DNA of 64,000 bases from positions 37,556 through 101,555 of the forward strand of contig JAFVTH010000011.1 of NCBI GenBank assembly GCA_017503285.1. Direction: 5' to 3'. The translations under genes were made by a program, and so were the position numbers. Numbering within the stretch: position 1 is the stretch's first letter; every line of letters starts with the position of its first letter. The notes beneath the pieces are model-generated. The model searched no databases, was not told the DNA's origin, and saw only the letters and a program-made list of their open reading frames with translations. This document shows, piece after piece, positions 26,601-35,779 of this stretch. The DNA comes from Clostridia bacterium (GTDB taxonomy: Bacteria; Bacillota; Clostridia; Oscillospirales; CAG-272).

Positions 26601-27995
26601 GAAACAGCTGTACAGCTTGTTTGTCTACCAAGCAATATTGAGTATATAGACAACTACGCATTTGCAGGCTGTACAAAGCTTGAAGAAATCTCACTTGGTG
26701 TAAACGGCACCGACCTTGGCGAGGGTGTATTTGCATACTGCGAAAAGCTTTCAACAGTTACAAATCTTGAAAAGGTTAAGAAAATCGGCGCATATGCCTT
26801 TGCCCTTACAGATTTAAGGGGTGCAAAGCTTTCATCTGCTGTGGAAATCGGCAATGAGGCGTTTATGAAGGAAACAATGACCGACTTCGACCTTGACCTT
26901 GGCGAAAACAAGGTTCTTTCAGTAATCGGCGACAACCCATTTGCACTTTGCAGAATTGACGCCCTTTACATTACAGAAACAATGGAGTTTAACGGTAAAG
27001 AATATCCTGTTATCGTTTACGACTTTGATATTAGTGAAACAGTTCATGTAATTAACGGTTCAATCTATGCCGACGTTCCAAACGGACTTGAGCTTATTAC
27101 CTACGCAAGCGTAGATGATAGCTTTGTTGAGGTTGCGGACGGCACAGTTAGAATCACAGCATACGCCTTTGCCGGTCACGACATTGTTAGGGTTAAGCTC
27201 CCATACACCGTTAACGCAATCGGCCACAAGGCATTCTATGATTGTGATGAGCTAATCACCGTTATCTTTAATAGCTACACAGCACCTACCCTTGAGGAGG
27301 AGTTCGACCAAAGCTACTTTACCGTATTCAATATTCCTGCAAGCTCAGGCGACACAGCAGGCTACGAGTATTACGATGAAGAGGGCAACTTGAAAACAAC
27401 TCCGGGCCTTGGCGTTGTACCATACTTTATGTTCAACCCAATGGTTTACACTACACAGGGCATTTATCCGCAATCCGCAAACTACTACTCAATGTACTAT
27501 GGTGGTAACTTTGTAAACATGATAGGCCACGGCAACCCGGAGCTTATTATGATTAGACCATCAAACGGTCAGGAGTATGATTCATTCATTATGGGTCAGT
27601 ACTTTACAACCGTAATTGATGGCTCAGTTGCACCGGACAAGATTACAATTGCTGCAATTGAGGCAATTGACAGGCTACCGGATAAGGTTATGCTTTCCGA
27701 CAAGCCTTTAGTTGTTGCAGCACGCTTGGCATATGACAAGATTGCAACACTTGAGCAGCAGGCGCTTGTTACTAACTATGGCGAGCTTCTTACTGCCGAG
27801 CAGAGAATTAAGGCGTTTGAGTCAGGCGACAATCAAGAGCCGGAGATTGAGGAGCCGATTGCTGATACAACAGTTGACCCGCTGATGGTTGTTGTGATTG
27901 TTGAGTCAGTTCTTCTCGGTATAGGCATAATCGGCGCAGGTGTGCTTGCCTTTATTAAGAGAAAGGCTATTGTAAGATTATTTACAAGAAAGTAA
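20670..27995 (+). CDS. Giant membrane-anchored subtilisin-like (S8) cell-envelope protease with PA insert, Big_2-like domains and a ~800-aa BspA-type LRR region
   Basis: Catalytic triad: VAVLDTG (Asp codon 21315), HGTHVSG (His codon 21543) and GTSMACP (Ser codon 22506). PA-like insert GKIALVKRGDTTFEEKAQAAEKAGALGVIVYNN. The LRR units span roughly 24830-27250. C-terminal TM helix plus KRK. The ATG at 20670 gives an N-terminal signal anchor. Confidence 0.9.
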   Translation: MKNKVIVRVTSVVISLILATILLLSVIIPSLGKSYAYDAQYIRQFTDSLITNRNQYFDSSVVYELPSGVKDTDEISVIISLSNPALLDEYNETNKEMSFTEFAFSERANQVRAEIASEKEQILATFKEQGIEVKTGADYSAILTGFEVIIKAGDFKTMSMSLDKDVTPIVCEVYKKAETQLVENKVNVNETGIFNSKEYIEKYGYDGTGMVVAVLDTGLDYTHSAFSVSNFTADKTKLGLTKAMVAQLVGSTKASTLLPGLTEDDVYVNEKVPFSFDYADRDPDVYSLHNNHGTHVSGVIVGKDDTITGVAPNAQLVAMKIFSDTKDSAIASWILSALEDCVILGVDVINMSLGTACGFSRESDEEKISGVYEKIRAQGISLVVAASNSFTSSYGSEKNGNLGLTSNPDTATVGSPSTYEGALSIASINGIKTPYILYNGKIVYFTESSDSSAEERYFVDGLLKEGVNDIEIEYVLIPGVGRDAEYTGIDVKGKIALVKRGDTTFEEKAQAAEKAGALGVIVYNNISGDIRMNVGTVKIPVCSISQEDGEVLAAAKRGTIKISRDQTSGPFMSDFSSWGPSPSLGIKPELTAHGGNILSAITGGGYDRLSGTSMACPNTAGVIILLRQYVIDKFPEIKNDPVKVTALVNQLLMSTADIVYNKNGLPYAVRKQGAGLANLESATETKAIILTYNKDGSVMDKSKLEIGDDAEKTGVYELNFSVYNFGTAPASYILSTFAMTEGVSDVRTHKGETTVTEEGYLLEGATVSFTVENGTQNGDTITVEAGKTAKIKVTITLSDEDKKYLDESFENGMYIEGFVELDATGDTKEDLSVPYLAFYGDWTEAPILDLDYFETNKDELNDSIPTLDKTLPDAYATRPIGGMFSDYISYLGSYYFQQNPANQIISASRDYIALSNVSVSDYATEADQDIATIHSLRFIWTGMLRNAEKVVVTITDDATGEVIHEVVDDDVRKSYGDGGSYLYPANVEVEFDVAEHNLKNNTKYTVRLVAYMDYGNGGLETNEKNVFEFPFTTDFEAPAVTDCTFRSEYDSDKDRMRLFASLAVYDNHYAMSMQPGYIKSTVDENNQMSYELIPFESYMTPIYSVRNGTTYVEYELTDYIYDLKNSAHAKNSFVVSVYDYALNHATYEIGLPDEFVDFFFDLGTDEEGNPNTGITLSPNELYTMKLSVYPNEEENEKWGELLVFTSSDERVVKIVNNKLVALKQGRATIEAKHPNDPTKKAYMTVNVLGENDEGFQYFDKPVAEVFAIKGYKTLFAFDIMDSNDKDIGETGITKFFGATEAHSVKMFPSESIQLLYSLKAYFPDDTEIVFATGNDKVVSVDQNGVITANEEGFSNITISLKLDGSSTFYTETLSVEVKDPFVRTAPTLTHYYGNGGLVEIPADLLLTKIGAFAFSNYEWVPKTEAEYLEDDSSRTKQSPIGNDTITKIIIPEGIKTIDAYAFARLTALKEVVLPSTIENIEYGAFAGCTKLEKVTGIENVQLINYGAFEGCNLKGTLKLDKACAIGDFCFASNPNLEKVEMSDKLQSIGASAFAYCRKLTTVSIGAEKAKLGTYVFSDCSSLTTVKANASVIPEGAFMNCSSLENLTIGKDVGYIGELAFAGTKISQFKLDSANTVYKVSADGKYLLTKDGKTLLLAAPTERGSIVVSDASITAIGNGAFASNKNITSIKATGVTMVKDYAFYGCSALTSVTLGKLSEIGSYAFYNTAISTLPALDGLDKIGENAFAYTDLTVVTIPNGMVVGNGAFYECDKLHTVVIGDDVVIGDGAFMTSWSNKVPVYIKDDNYTTKVYYPHIPSALKSLTIGKNAVIGDSAFYGSSELKAVTLDSGAKIGRMAFYNCYKLESIELENVITVGEYAFSGDEYQTASSAEGAGIGVDEKGYSVSHIYATKLSHIAFERLESLGAYAFALCPELIDVLMSQDCTLTEIPERAFAKCYKLSGINLSESVTRIGLESFGETAVQLVCLPSNIEYIDNYAFAGCTKLEEISLGVNGTDLGEGVFAYCEKLSTVTNLEKVKKIGAYAFALTDLRGAKLSSAVEIGNEAFMKETMTDFDLDLGENKVLSVIGDNPFALCRIDALYITETMEFNGKEYPVIVYDFDISETVHVINGSIYADVPNGLELITYASVDDSFVEVADGTVRITAYAFAGHDIVRVKLPYTVNAIGHKAFYDCDELITVIFNSYTAPTLEEEFDQSYFTVFNIPASSGDTAGYEYYDEEGNLKTTPGLGVVPYFMFNPMVYTTQGIYPQSANYYSMYYGGNFVNMIGHGNPELIMIRPSNGQEYDSFIMGQYFTTVIDGSVAPDKITIAAIEAIDRLPDKVMLSDKPLVVAARLAYDKIATLEQQALVTNYGELLTAEQRIKAFESGDNQEPEIEEPIADTTVDPLMVVVIVESVLLGIGIIGAGVLAFIKRKAIVRLFTRK

Positions 27996-28064
27996 AATAA
28001 GTTAGTCGCATAAGGGGCGTGCGCGCCCCTGTGCGTCGAAAACAAGAAAAGGATAAAACTACAA

Positions 28065-29462
28065 ATGAACAGGAAAATTAAGCTGCTTACGCTTCTTATG
28101 CTTGTGCTCGCTTGCGTTATTGTTGTATGCTCCTGTAATGAAAGCGCATACGATAAAAACGACAGAGACGGCTATAATGTCAGCGTAAAATTTGATGCTA
28201 ACGGTGGCTCCTTCGGTACCAACTCAACTGTTGTTGTGGACTCCTATAACATTTCCTCCCTTCCACTTAACGAAAACGGAATGAAGGAAATATATGTTGT
28301 TCCAACTGACAGCCAGCACAGAGTTGATATTGACAGAAAAACCGCTAAGCAAAGTGGCTATTTCTTTGCTGGTTGGTTCACCGAGAGGACAGCTGTGGTT
28401 AACGACAAGGGCGAGGCACTTGACTATTATGGCGAGGTTGCCTCTGTATCCAAGCGCACCCCTGCATATACCTATAGCGGTAAATGGGACTTTAATACCC
28501 CCTTCGAGGTTAATCCAAATGAGGAGCATTCCTCTTACACCCCTGTGCTTACACTATACGCAGGCTGGATACCGGAGTTTAGGATTGAGTTCCGTGACTA
28601 CGAAAGCAAGGAGCTAATAGACACAAAATATTTTGACCCAACTAAGGAGGGCGCTCTTACAATCAATGTTCCGGCTTGGGATATGGATAAGGGCACACAA
28701 AACCTATACACCTTCCCAAAGATTGACTATAAAACCTTTGTAAAGGCATATATAGGCGAAAACGAAATTACAGAAGCCACCTTTGCCCACACAGGCACCT
28801 ACAGCCTTGATAGCGCAAGCTACGAGAACGAAACAATGGTGGTATACGCAAGCTACAAGGATGGCGAGTGGTACAAAATCACAAAGCCACAGCAGCTTAG
28901 CGAGATTTGGAACACAAACGGCATTTACGAAATTCTTTCCGACCTTGACTTTGCCCCTGTAAACGAGGACGGCGAGGTTGAAAGCATTGTATGGCCATTT
29001 GCAAATAACACCTTCACAGGTAAAATCATCGGTAACGGACACACAATCTCCGGTGTTTATATTGAGCAAAACGGTACAAGCACACAGGCGTTTGGTCTTT
29101 TCGGCACTCTTAAGGGCGCAGAAATTGAAAATATTACCTTTGATAAGGTTAACGCATATATAGGCGGCGGCACACGATTGCCGGCAACCTGCTTCGGCTT
29201 GCTTGCGGGTACAGTTGAGGCTGATAGCGAGCTTGATGGCGTTAGCATTACAGAAAGCAAGCTCAGCATTTATCTGGGCGCAAACTTTGCTATGACAACT
29301 GACCATAGCGTTGGTCTTTTGTGCGGTGTAGACAACGGCACAGCACTTGAAAGCGTAAGCTATGATATCACCCTTGAGGAGGTTACTGATGAGTACACCG
29401 TCGAGGGCTTTGATACAGAGGTCGGCAGTGATGGCAACAGGGTTATTATTACCCTCAAATAA
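28065..29462 (+). CDS. Lipoprotein with Listeria/Bacteroides-type repeat and GLUG-like C-terminal region
   Basis: Lipobox-like VCSC. Motifs VKFDANGGSFG...GYFFAGWF and AFGLFGTLKGAEIENITF. Confidence 0.5.
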   Translation: MNRKIKLLTLLMLVLACVIVVCSCNESAYDKNDRDGYNVSVKFDANGGSFGTNSTVVVDSYNISSLPLNENGMKEIYVVPTDSQHRVDIDRKTAKQSGYFFAGWFTERTAVVNDKGEALDYYGEVASVSKRTPAYTYSGKWDFNTPFEVNPNEEHSSYTPVLTLYAGWIPEFRIEFRDYESKELIDTKYFDPTKEGALTINVPAWDMDKGTQNLYTFPKIDYKTFVKAYIGENEITEATFAHTGTYSLDSASYENETMVVYASYKDGEWYKITKPQQLSEIWNTNGIYEILSDLDFAPVNEDGEVESIVWPFANNTFTGKIIGNGHTISGVYIEQNGTSTQAFGLFGTLKGAEIENITFDKVNAYIGGGTRLPATCFGLLAGTVEADSELDGVSITESKLSIYLGANFAMTTDHSVGLLCGVDNGTALESVSYDITLEEVTDEYTVEGFDTEVGSDGNRVIITLK

Positions 29463-29507
29463 TTTAGTCAAATAAATTTAACTTACATAGATTAAGGAGA
29501 AACAAAC

Positions 29508-32150
29508 ATGAAAAAGAGAATTTTATGTATCGTGCTTTGCCTTGTTATGCTTGCAGGCATGATGACAGCATTCTCTGGCTGTGGTGGCTCAGGCGGAGCA
29601 GACGCATTCGTTATTCAGTCTGAGGAGCTTGATGGTCTTTTCAACCCATTCTACGCAACCACAGGACCAGACAACACCATCGTTGGTATGACCCAAATCG
29701 GTATGCTTACATCCAAGATTGGCTCCGACGGTAAGGTTACCTACGCTTATGGTGATGACCAGGCAGTAGCAACAAAGGATTTTGCCTTTGAAGCAAATTC
29801 TGCAAAAACAGAAACAACCTACACATTTGTTCTTAAGAAGAATATTCTTTTCTCTGACGGACACCCACTAACAATAGAGGACGTTCTTTTCAACCTCTAT
29901 GTTTACCTTGACCCTGTATATACAGGCTCAAACACAATGTACTCAACAGACATTAAGGGTCTTTCAGCTTACAGAACACAGACAATCTCATCCGGCACAA
30001 CAAACAACGATGAGCAAATTACATCAAACGCGCAAAGAAAGGCTCAGCTCCGTATTAACGAGCTTTTGGCTGTATACATTCAAAACTTCAGAACAAACTC
30101 CGGCTACAACGCAACAGACGCTCAAATGAGAGAGGCTATTAAGAATCACATTCTTTCCGATGGCTATAAGGGCACTATTGCAGTAGACAAGGGACAAACA
30201 GTTACAAACGACAAGCTTCTTGAGGACTACGAGCTTGCTCTTAAGTACTTCAGAGAAGAGCTTGAAACAGACTACACAACTGCTCAAAGCGCATACACCG
30301 AGGGTGCATATAAGGAAAGAGAAGAGTTCAAGAATGAAATCGTTTGCTATATGTATCACGAGGGCTTTGTAAAGCTTACATATGCTGACAAGGCAAATGC
30401 TGACGGCACAGTAGAGCCACAGGGCGACAAGTCCAAGATTGTTAAGGTAGAGCTTAACTACGACACAGATACAATCACAAATAAGGAAGAAGCAATCAAC
30501 TTTGTATATACCGTAACAACACAATCAAAGTTTGACCAAATTCTTCAATACTGGGCAACAGCTCAGAAGCTACACACAGAATTTACAGCAGAGGCTAAGG
30601 AGGTTATCCTCCACGAGGGTATGAAGGACGACGGCTCTCTTAAGGTTCCAAGCATTGAGGGTATTAAGTCCTTGGCACACACAAGCCTTGCCGGCACAAC
30701 AATCACAGTAAACGGCAACGAGTATAAGATTGCAACAGCTGACGGCAGAGACGCAAACGGCGTTCCAACCGACGGCTATGACGTTCTTCAAATCACAATC
30801 AACGGTCAAGACCCTAAGGCACACTGGAATTTCTCATTCACAGTTGCACCACAGCACTATTATGGAGAGGGCTCCAGCGTTGGCGTTGATATTAAGAACA
30901 ACAAGTTCGGCGTTGAATTTGGTACATACAGCTTTATGACAGGCGTTATCCAATCCCCAAGAAACATTAGAGTTCCTATGGGCGCAGGCGCTTATCAGGC
31001 AACAGACCGTTCAAACGGCGACCCAACATCCAGCACATTCTTTGTTGATAAGGTAGTTTACTTCAAGAGAAACGAAAACTTTACAACAGTTGACGATAAT
31101 GCAGCATCAGACCCAATCAAGAATGCAAAGATTGAAAAGGTTCGTTACCAGGTTATTCCTGCAACAGACGCAATCGGTATGCTTGAAAGAGGTAGCGTAC
31201 ACTACATTTCCCCACAGCTTACAGACGACAACTATGCAGAGCTTGACAGACTAAAGGCAACAGGCAGCTTTGATAGAATTATCACAAATCAGCTTGGTTA
31301 TGGTTACATAGGCGTTAATGCTAAGGAGGTTTCAAACCTTAACCTTAGAAAGGCAATTATGTGTGCTATGAACACAGCACTTGCTGTTGGTTACTATCGT
31401 GATGGTACAGCAGAGCAGATTTACTGGCCAATGTCACAGGTTAGCTGGGCACACCCGGTTGTTGGCTACGATGCAAGCGGCAATCCGATTTATAGCAAGG
31501 ATAACGGTCACGACTATCCACAGCTTAACGAATCCTGGAATGAGCAAACAGCAAGAGACAACATTTCTAAGTATATGAGAGCTGCCGGCGTTAGCGCAGG
31601 CGACCCATCACTTAAGCTTACATTTACAATTGCAGGCTCCAACCTTACAGACCACCCAACCTACACAGTATTCAGAGATGCGGCAGCACTTCTTAACGAT
31701 ATGGGCTGGGAGATTACAGTAGTTGCTGATACACAGGCTCTTACAAAGCTTGCAACAGGCTCACTTGCAGTTTGGGCAGCAGCTTGGGGCTCAACAATTG
31801 ACCCTGACCTATATCAGGTTTACCACAAAAACTCCACAGCAACAAGCACACTTGCTTGGGGCTATCCGGCAATTAAAAACTCCGGTACAAAGGCTGAAAA
31901 GGATATTCTTGATCAGCTAAGCAAGCTTATCGACCAGGCAAGAGAAACTCTTGACCAGGACGAAAGAACAGCACTATACGAGCAGGCAATGAGCAAGATT
32001 CTTGACCTTGCAATTGAGCTTCCTGTATATCAAAGAAGCGTTGTATATGCGTTCAACACAAATGTAATTGACGCATCAACTCTTCCTGCTGAGGTTAACC
32101 CATATTCTTCTCCACTTGACAGAATTTGGGAAATTGACTTTGCGAAATAA
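29508..32150 (+). CDS. ABC transporter substrate-binding lipoprotein, peptide/nickel (family 5) type, unusually long (880 aa)
   Basis: Lipobox FSGC. It has the SBP_bac_5-like core (FSDGHPLTIEDVLF...) and is followed by cognate permeases and ATPases. Confidence 0.85.
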   Translation: MKKRILCIVLCLVMLAGMMTAFSGCGGSGGADAFVIQSEELDGLFNPFYATTGPDNTIVGMTQIGMLTSKIGSDGKVTYAYGDDQAVATKDFAFEANSAKTETTYTFVLKKNILFSDGHPLTIEDVLFNLYVYLDPVYTGSNTMYSTDIKGLSAYRTQTISSGTTNNDEQITSNAQRKAQLRINELLAVYIQNFRTNSGYNATDAQMREAIKNHILSDGYKGTIAVDKGQTVTNDKLLEDYELALKYFREELETDYTTAQSAYTEGAYKEREEFKNEIVCYMYHEGFVKLTYADKANADGTVEPQGDKSKIVKVELNYDTDTITNKEEAINFVYTVTTQSKFDQILQYWATAQKLHTEFTAEAKEVILHEGMKDDGSLKVPSIEGIKSLAHTSLAGTTITVNGNEYKIATADGRDANGVPTDGYDVLQITINGQDPKAHWNFSFTVAPQHYYGEGSSVGVDIKNNKFGVEFGTYSFMTGVIQSPRNIRVPMGAGAYQATDRSNGDPTSSTFFVDKVVYFKRNENFTTVDDNAASDPIKNAKIEKVRYQVIPATDAIGMLERGSVHYISPQLTDDNYAELDRLKATGSFDRIITNQLGYGYIGVNAKEVSNLNLRKAIMCAMNTALAVGYYRDGTAEQIYWPMSQVSWAHPVVGYDASGNPIYSKDNGHDYPQLNESWNEQTARDNISKYMRAAGVSAGDPSLKLTFTIAGSNLTDHPTYTVFRDAAALLNDMGWEITVVADTQALTKLATGSLAVWAAAWGSTIDPDLYQVYHKNSTATSTLAWGYPAIKNSGTKAEKDILDQLSKLIDQARETLDQDERTALYEQAMSKILDLAIELPVYQRSVVYAFNTNVIDASTLPAEVNPYSSPLDRIWEIDFAK

Positions 32151-32172
32151 TTGATTGGAGTAAAATAATAAA

Positions 32173-33165
32173 ATGGCAAAATATATACTAAAAAGACTTG
32201 CTCTTTCAGTTCTTATTTTGCTGGGCGTATCACTTATAATCTACGTGCTCATAAGACTTATGCCTGTAGACTTTATTGAGAATAAAATCAACCAAATGAA
32301 CCAGGGTGGTGCAACCATTCCACAGGAAACCGTGGATGCGCTTTATGCCACCTATGGTATTGGTGATGATAGCTTTCTCGGTATTATACAGGGTTATCTA
32401 AACTGGTTACTCAATATTTGCAAGTTTGACTTCGGTACAAGCTTCAAGTATGGCTTGCCTGTAACACAGGTTATAGCAAGCAAAATGGGTGTATCCTTTG
32501 CAGTTGCGCTTATTGCTACTGTATTTGAATTTATGATTGCCATACCTCTTGGTATAACGGCAGCTACCCACCAGTATTCCTTCAGAGACTATCTAACCAC
32601 CTTCCTTGTAATGGTAGGTATATCACTGCCATCCTTCTTCTTTGGGCAGATGCTTAAAAACATCTTCGCCTATAATTTAGGCTGGCTACCACCAACGGGT
32701 ATGGTAGAGGCAGGTAGCTCCTCGGTTGGATTTGCCCTACTTATTGAGTATGTTCAGCATATGATTCTTCCAATTCTTACAATAGTTATCCTAAGCATAG
32801 GACCAAGAATGAGAATGACAAGAACAAATATGCTTGAGGTTATGAACTCGGATTATATCAGAACCGCCCGTGCAAAGGGACTTAAGGAAAGCAAGGTTAT
32901 AAACAAGCATGCCTTCCGTAACACCTTGATTCCTCTTGTAACCACCATGGCAGGACTTTTGCCATCACTTTTCTCAGGTGCGATTATTACAGAGCAGGTG
33001 TTTGGTCTTGATGGTATTGGTAATGTTGCCCTTGCCGCAATGAACGAGGGTGATATTCCGTTTATCATGGGCTACAATATGTTCTTGGCGCTCCTTAGCG
33101 TTATAGGCGTTTTACTTTCAGACCTTATGTACGCAATAGTTGACCCAAGGGTTAAGCTGGAGTAA
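32173..33165 (+). CDS. ABC transporter permease (OppB/DppB-like)
   Basis: 330 aa. It has the EAA-type loop region YIRTARAKGLKE and is polytopic. Confidence 0.9.
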   Translation: MAKYILKRLALSVLILLGVSLIIYVLIRLMPVDFIENKINQMNQGGATIPQETVDALYATYGIGDDSFLGIIQGYLNWLLNICKFDFGTSFKYGLPVTQVIASKMGVSFAVALIATVFEFMIAIPLGITAATHQYSFRDYLTTFLVMVGISLPSFFFGQMLKNIFAYNLGWLPPTGMVEAGSSSVGFALLIEYVQHMILPILTIVILSIGPRMRMTRTNMLEVMNSDYIRTARAKGLKESKVINKHAFRNTLIPLVTTMAGLLPSLFSGAIITEQVFGLDGIGNVALAAMNEGDIPFIMGYNMFLALLSVIGVLLSDLMYAIVDPRVKLE

Positions 33166-33179
33166 GGGGGTAAGATAAG

Positions 33180-34589
33180 ATGAAGAAAAGAGTTTTATTG
33201 AGCCTTCGCCCAACTGACAAAAAGGGCATATTCAAAGCTTACATAGCAGGCAAAAACGAAAAAGCAGATGATATGGACCTTTATGAGGTTTTTGATATCA
33301 TAGAGGATATTAAGTCTGACAAGGCGCAGGTTCTTGACCAGACTGATATTGACAGGATTGCCGATGATATCATAGCAGATAAAAGAGATGCTATTGACCC
33401 CGAGGCTGAGTCAAGCCAAATGGCAGAGGATATTAAGGCAGATAAGCAAGCAAACGCCTTTTCCGAGGCAGAGGCAGAGGTTCTTGGCGCTTACATCGAC
33501 TCATGCGAAAAGGACGATGCCGAAATCATAGAAGAGGCAAATGAAATAGCCGACAAAATGAACGAAAGCGACCCACCGGCAGTAGAGGATGACGAGCCAC
33601 ACGATAAAAATGTAAAGCTTATGTCCCCAACTATGATGGTTGTGCGCCGTTTCTTCCGTTCCAAGCTTAGCATTATTGGTCTTATTATGGTTATTGGACT
33701 ATTCCTATTTAGCTTTGTAGGACCACTATTTTACACACAATGGGGCATGTCAGAGCCTGACTCCTCTCCTGTTACCGAGTATGCAGAGTCCACCTTTACC
33801 TTTGTTGTAAACGGACAAACCTATGAGGTAAGACAATCAACAGAGAGCCAAAGCTTCTATAACACCCTTGCTCCGGCATCGCCATCACACCCACTTGGCA
33901 CAGATATTGAGGGATATGACGTGCTTGCCCGACTTATGTACGGTGGCAGAGTATCTCTTATTGTATCCTTCCTTGCGGTATTCCTTATTACCATTCTCGG
34001 TGTAATCATAGGCGGTATAGCAGGCTACTTCGGCGGCTGGGTTGACAACGTTATAATGCGTCTTTGCGATATACTTATGTGTCTACCGGGCATTCCGATT
34101 TTGCTTATCGTAGGCTTCATTCTTGACTCTCAGGGCTTTGCAGAGAGCGAGTCAAGAATTTACCTTCTTATGACAATCCTTTCCCTCATTTCATGGCCGG
34201 GCACAGCTCGCCTTGTAAGAGGACAGATTTTGTCACTGCGTGAGCAGGAATATATGGTTGCCGCAGAGGCAATGGGTTATTCTGCCGGAAGAAAAATCTT
34301 CAAGCACCTGATTCCAAACGTTATGCCACAGCTGATTGTTCAAATGAGCCTTAGCCTTGGTAGTATGATTCTTTACGAGGCAACTCTTTCATACTTGAAC
34401 CTTGGTGTAAGACCGCCGAACTCTGCTTGGGGTACAATGATTAACATTATTTCATCAAATACAGACGTGCTAAAGCACTACCCACTTGTTTGGGTACCGG
34501 CAGGTATCTGTATCGTTATTGCGGTATTGGGCTTCAACTTCGTTGGCGACGGTCTTCGTGATGCCCTTGACCCTAAGGCAAGGAGGTAA
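33180..34589 (+). CDS. ABC transporter permease (OppC/DppC-like) with ~150-aa acidic N-terminal extension
   Basis: The core begins near MSPTMMVVRRFFRSKLSIIGL and includes YMVAAEAMGYS. The upstream 148 aa are open in frame and preceded by an AAGGGGG RBS. Confidence 0.85.
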   Translation: MKKRVLLSLRPTDKKGIFKAYIAGKNEKADDMDLYEVFDIIEDIKSDKAQVLDQTDIDRIADDIIADKRDAIDPEAESSQMAEDIKADKQANAFSEAEAEVLGAYIDSCEKDDAEIIEEANEIADKMNESDPPAVEDDEPHDKNVKLMSPTMMVVRRFFRSKLSIIGLIMVIGLFLFSFVGPLFYTQWGMSEPDSSPVTEYAESTFTFVVNGQTYEVRQSTESQSFYNTLAPASPSHPLGTDIEGYDVLARLMYGGRVSLIVSFLAVFLITILGVIIGGIAGYFGGWVDNVIMRLCDILMCLPGIPILLIVGFILDSQGFAESESRIYLLMTILSLISWPGTARLVRGQILSLREQEYMVAAEAMGYSAGRKIFKHLIPNVMPQLIVQMSLSLGSMILYEATLSYLNLGVRPPNSAWGTMINIISSNTDVLKHYPLVWVPAGICIVIAVLGFNFVGDGLRDALDPKARR

Positions 34590-34591
34590 TT

Positions 34592-35779
34592 ATGGCAGAA
34601 AAGAAATCTAACCATTATCTCTCAGCTAAGGAAATCCGCAGAATAGCTAAGGAAAACGCAAAAACCGTAAAAACACTTGAAAAGTATAAGAACAGACGTG
34701 CGAAGGAGGAGGAATTCCTCACCGAAATGAACGACCCGGAAAACATTTTGGAGATTGATGACCTTCATACATACTTCTTTACTGACCAGGGCGTTGTTAA
34801 GGCGGTAAACGGCGTTTCCTACAACGTTCCAAAGCACTCCATTGTAGGTGTTGTTGGAGAAAGCGGATGCGGAAAGAGCGTAACAAGTATGTCAGTTATG
34901 CGTCTTATCCAAGGTCCGCAGGGACAGATTTGTCAAGGTAACATTCGCTTTGCATCAAGCGAGCCGCTTTTTGACGAAAACGGTCAAGAGGTAGGCAAGA
35001 AGTGCTATGATATTGCAAAGATGCCAATAAATGAGATTCATAGAATCCGCGGCAAGGAAATTTCAATGATTTTCCAAGAGCCAATGACCTCACTAAATCC
35101 AATTTTCACTATTGGTGAGCAGCTTGACGAGGTTACATTTATCCACGTTAAGGGCGCAACAAAGGAAATGGCTAAGGCAAAGTCTATGGAAATGCTTAAC
35201 CTTGTTGGCATTGCAGCACCGGAGCGTGTTTACAAATCATTCCCACACGAGCTTTCGGGCGGTATGCGTCAGAGAGTTATGATTGCCATGGCTCTTGCCT
35301 GCAACCCAAGGCTTGTTATCGCAGACGAGCCAACAACTGCACTTGATGTTACAATTCAGGCGCAGATTCTTGATTTGCTCCGTGATATTAAAACAAAAAT
35401 TGACGGCTCTATTTTGCTTATCACTCACGACCTTGGTATTATTGCCGAAATGGCAGACTACGTGGTTGTAATGTACGCAGGTAGAGTAATAGAAAAGGGC
35501 ACAGTTAGAGAGATTTTCCATAATCCTATGCACCCATATACCATAGGTCTACAAAAATCCAAGCCAACCCTTGAATCTAACACCGATACCCTATTTAATA
35601 TTCCGGGTAACGTACCAAACCCAATTAATATGCCATCTCACTGCTACTTTAAGGAAAGATGCAGTAAGTGTACAGGCGCATGCTCCGGGGACTATCCGGA
35701 CATGATACAGGTTAGCCCTACACACTATGTAGCGTGCCACCTCTATAATGAAGCAAAGGAGGAAGGCGCAAATGGCTGA
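34592..35779 (+). CDS. ABC transporter ATP-binding protein (OppD-like) with ~50-aa basic N-terminal extension
   Basis: Walker A GESGCGKS, signature LSGGMRQR, Walker B LVIADEPT, and a C-terminal oligopeptide-type Cys-rich tail. Confidence 0.9.
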   Translation: MAEKKSNHYLSAKEIRRIAKENAKTVKTLEKYKNRRAKEEEFLTEMNDPENILEIDDLHTYFFTDQGVVKAVNGVSYNVPKHSIVGVVGESGCGKSVTSMSVMRLIQGPQGQICQGNIRFASSEPLFDENGQEVGKKCYDIAKMPINEIHRIRGKEISMIFQEPMTSLNPIFTIGEQLDEVTFIHVKGATKEMAKAKSMEMLNLVGIAAPERVYKSFPHELSGGMRQRVMIAMALACNPRLVIADEPTTALDVTIQAQILDLLRDIKTKIDGSILLITHDLGIIAEMADYVVVMYAGRVIEKGTVREIFHNPMHPYTIGLQKSKPTLESNTDTLFNIPGNVPNPINMPSHCYFKERCSKCTGACSGDYPDMIQVSPTHYVACHLYNEAKEEGANG

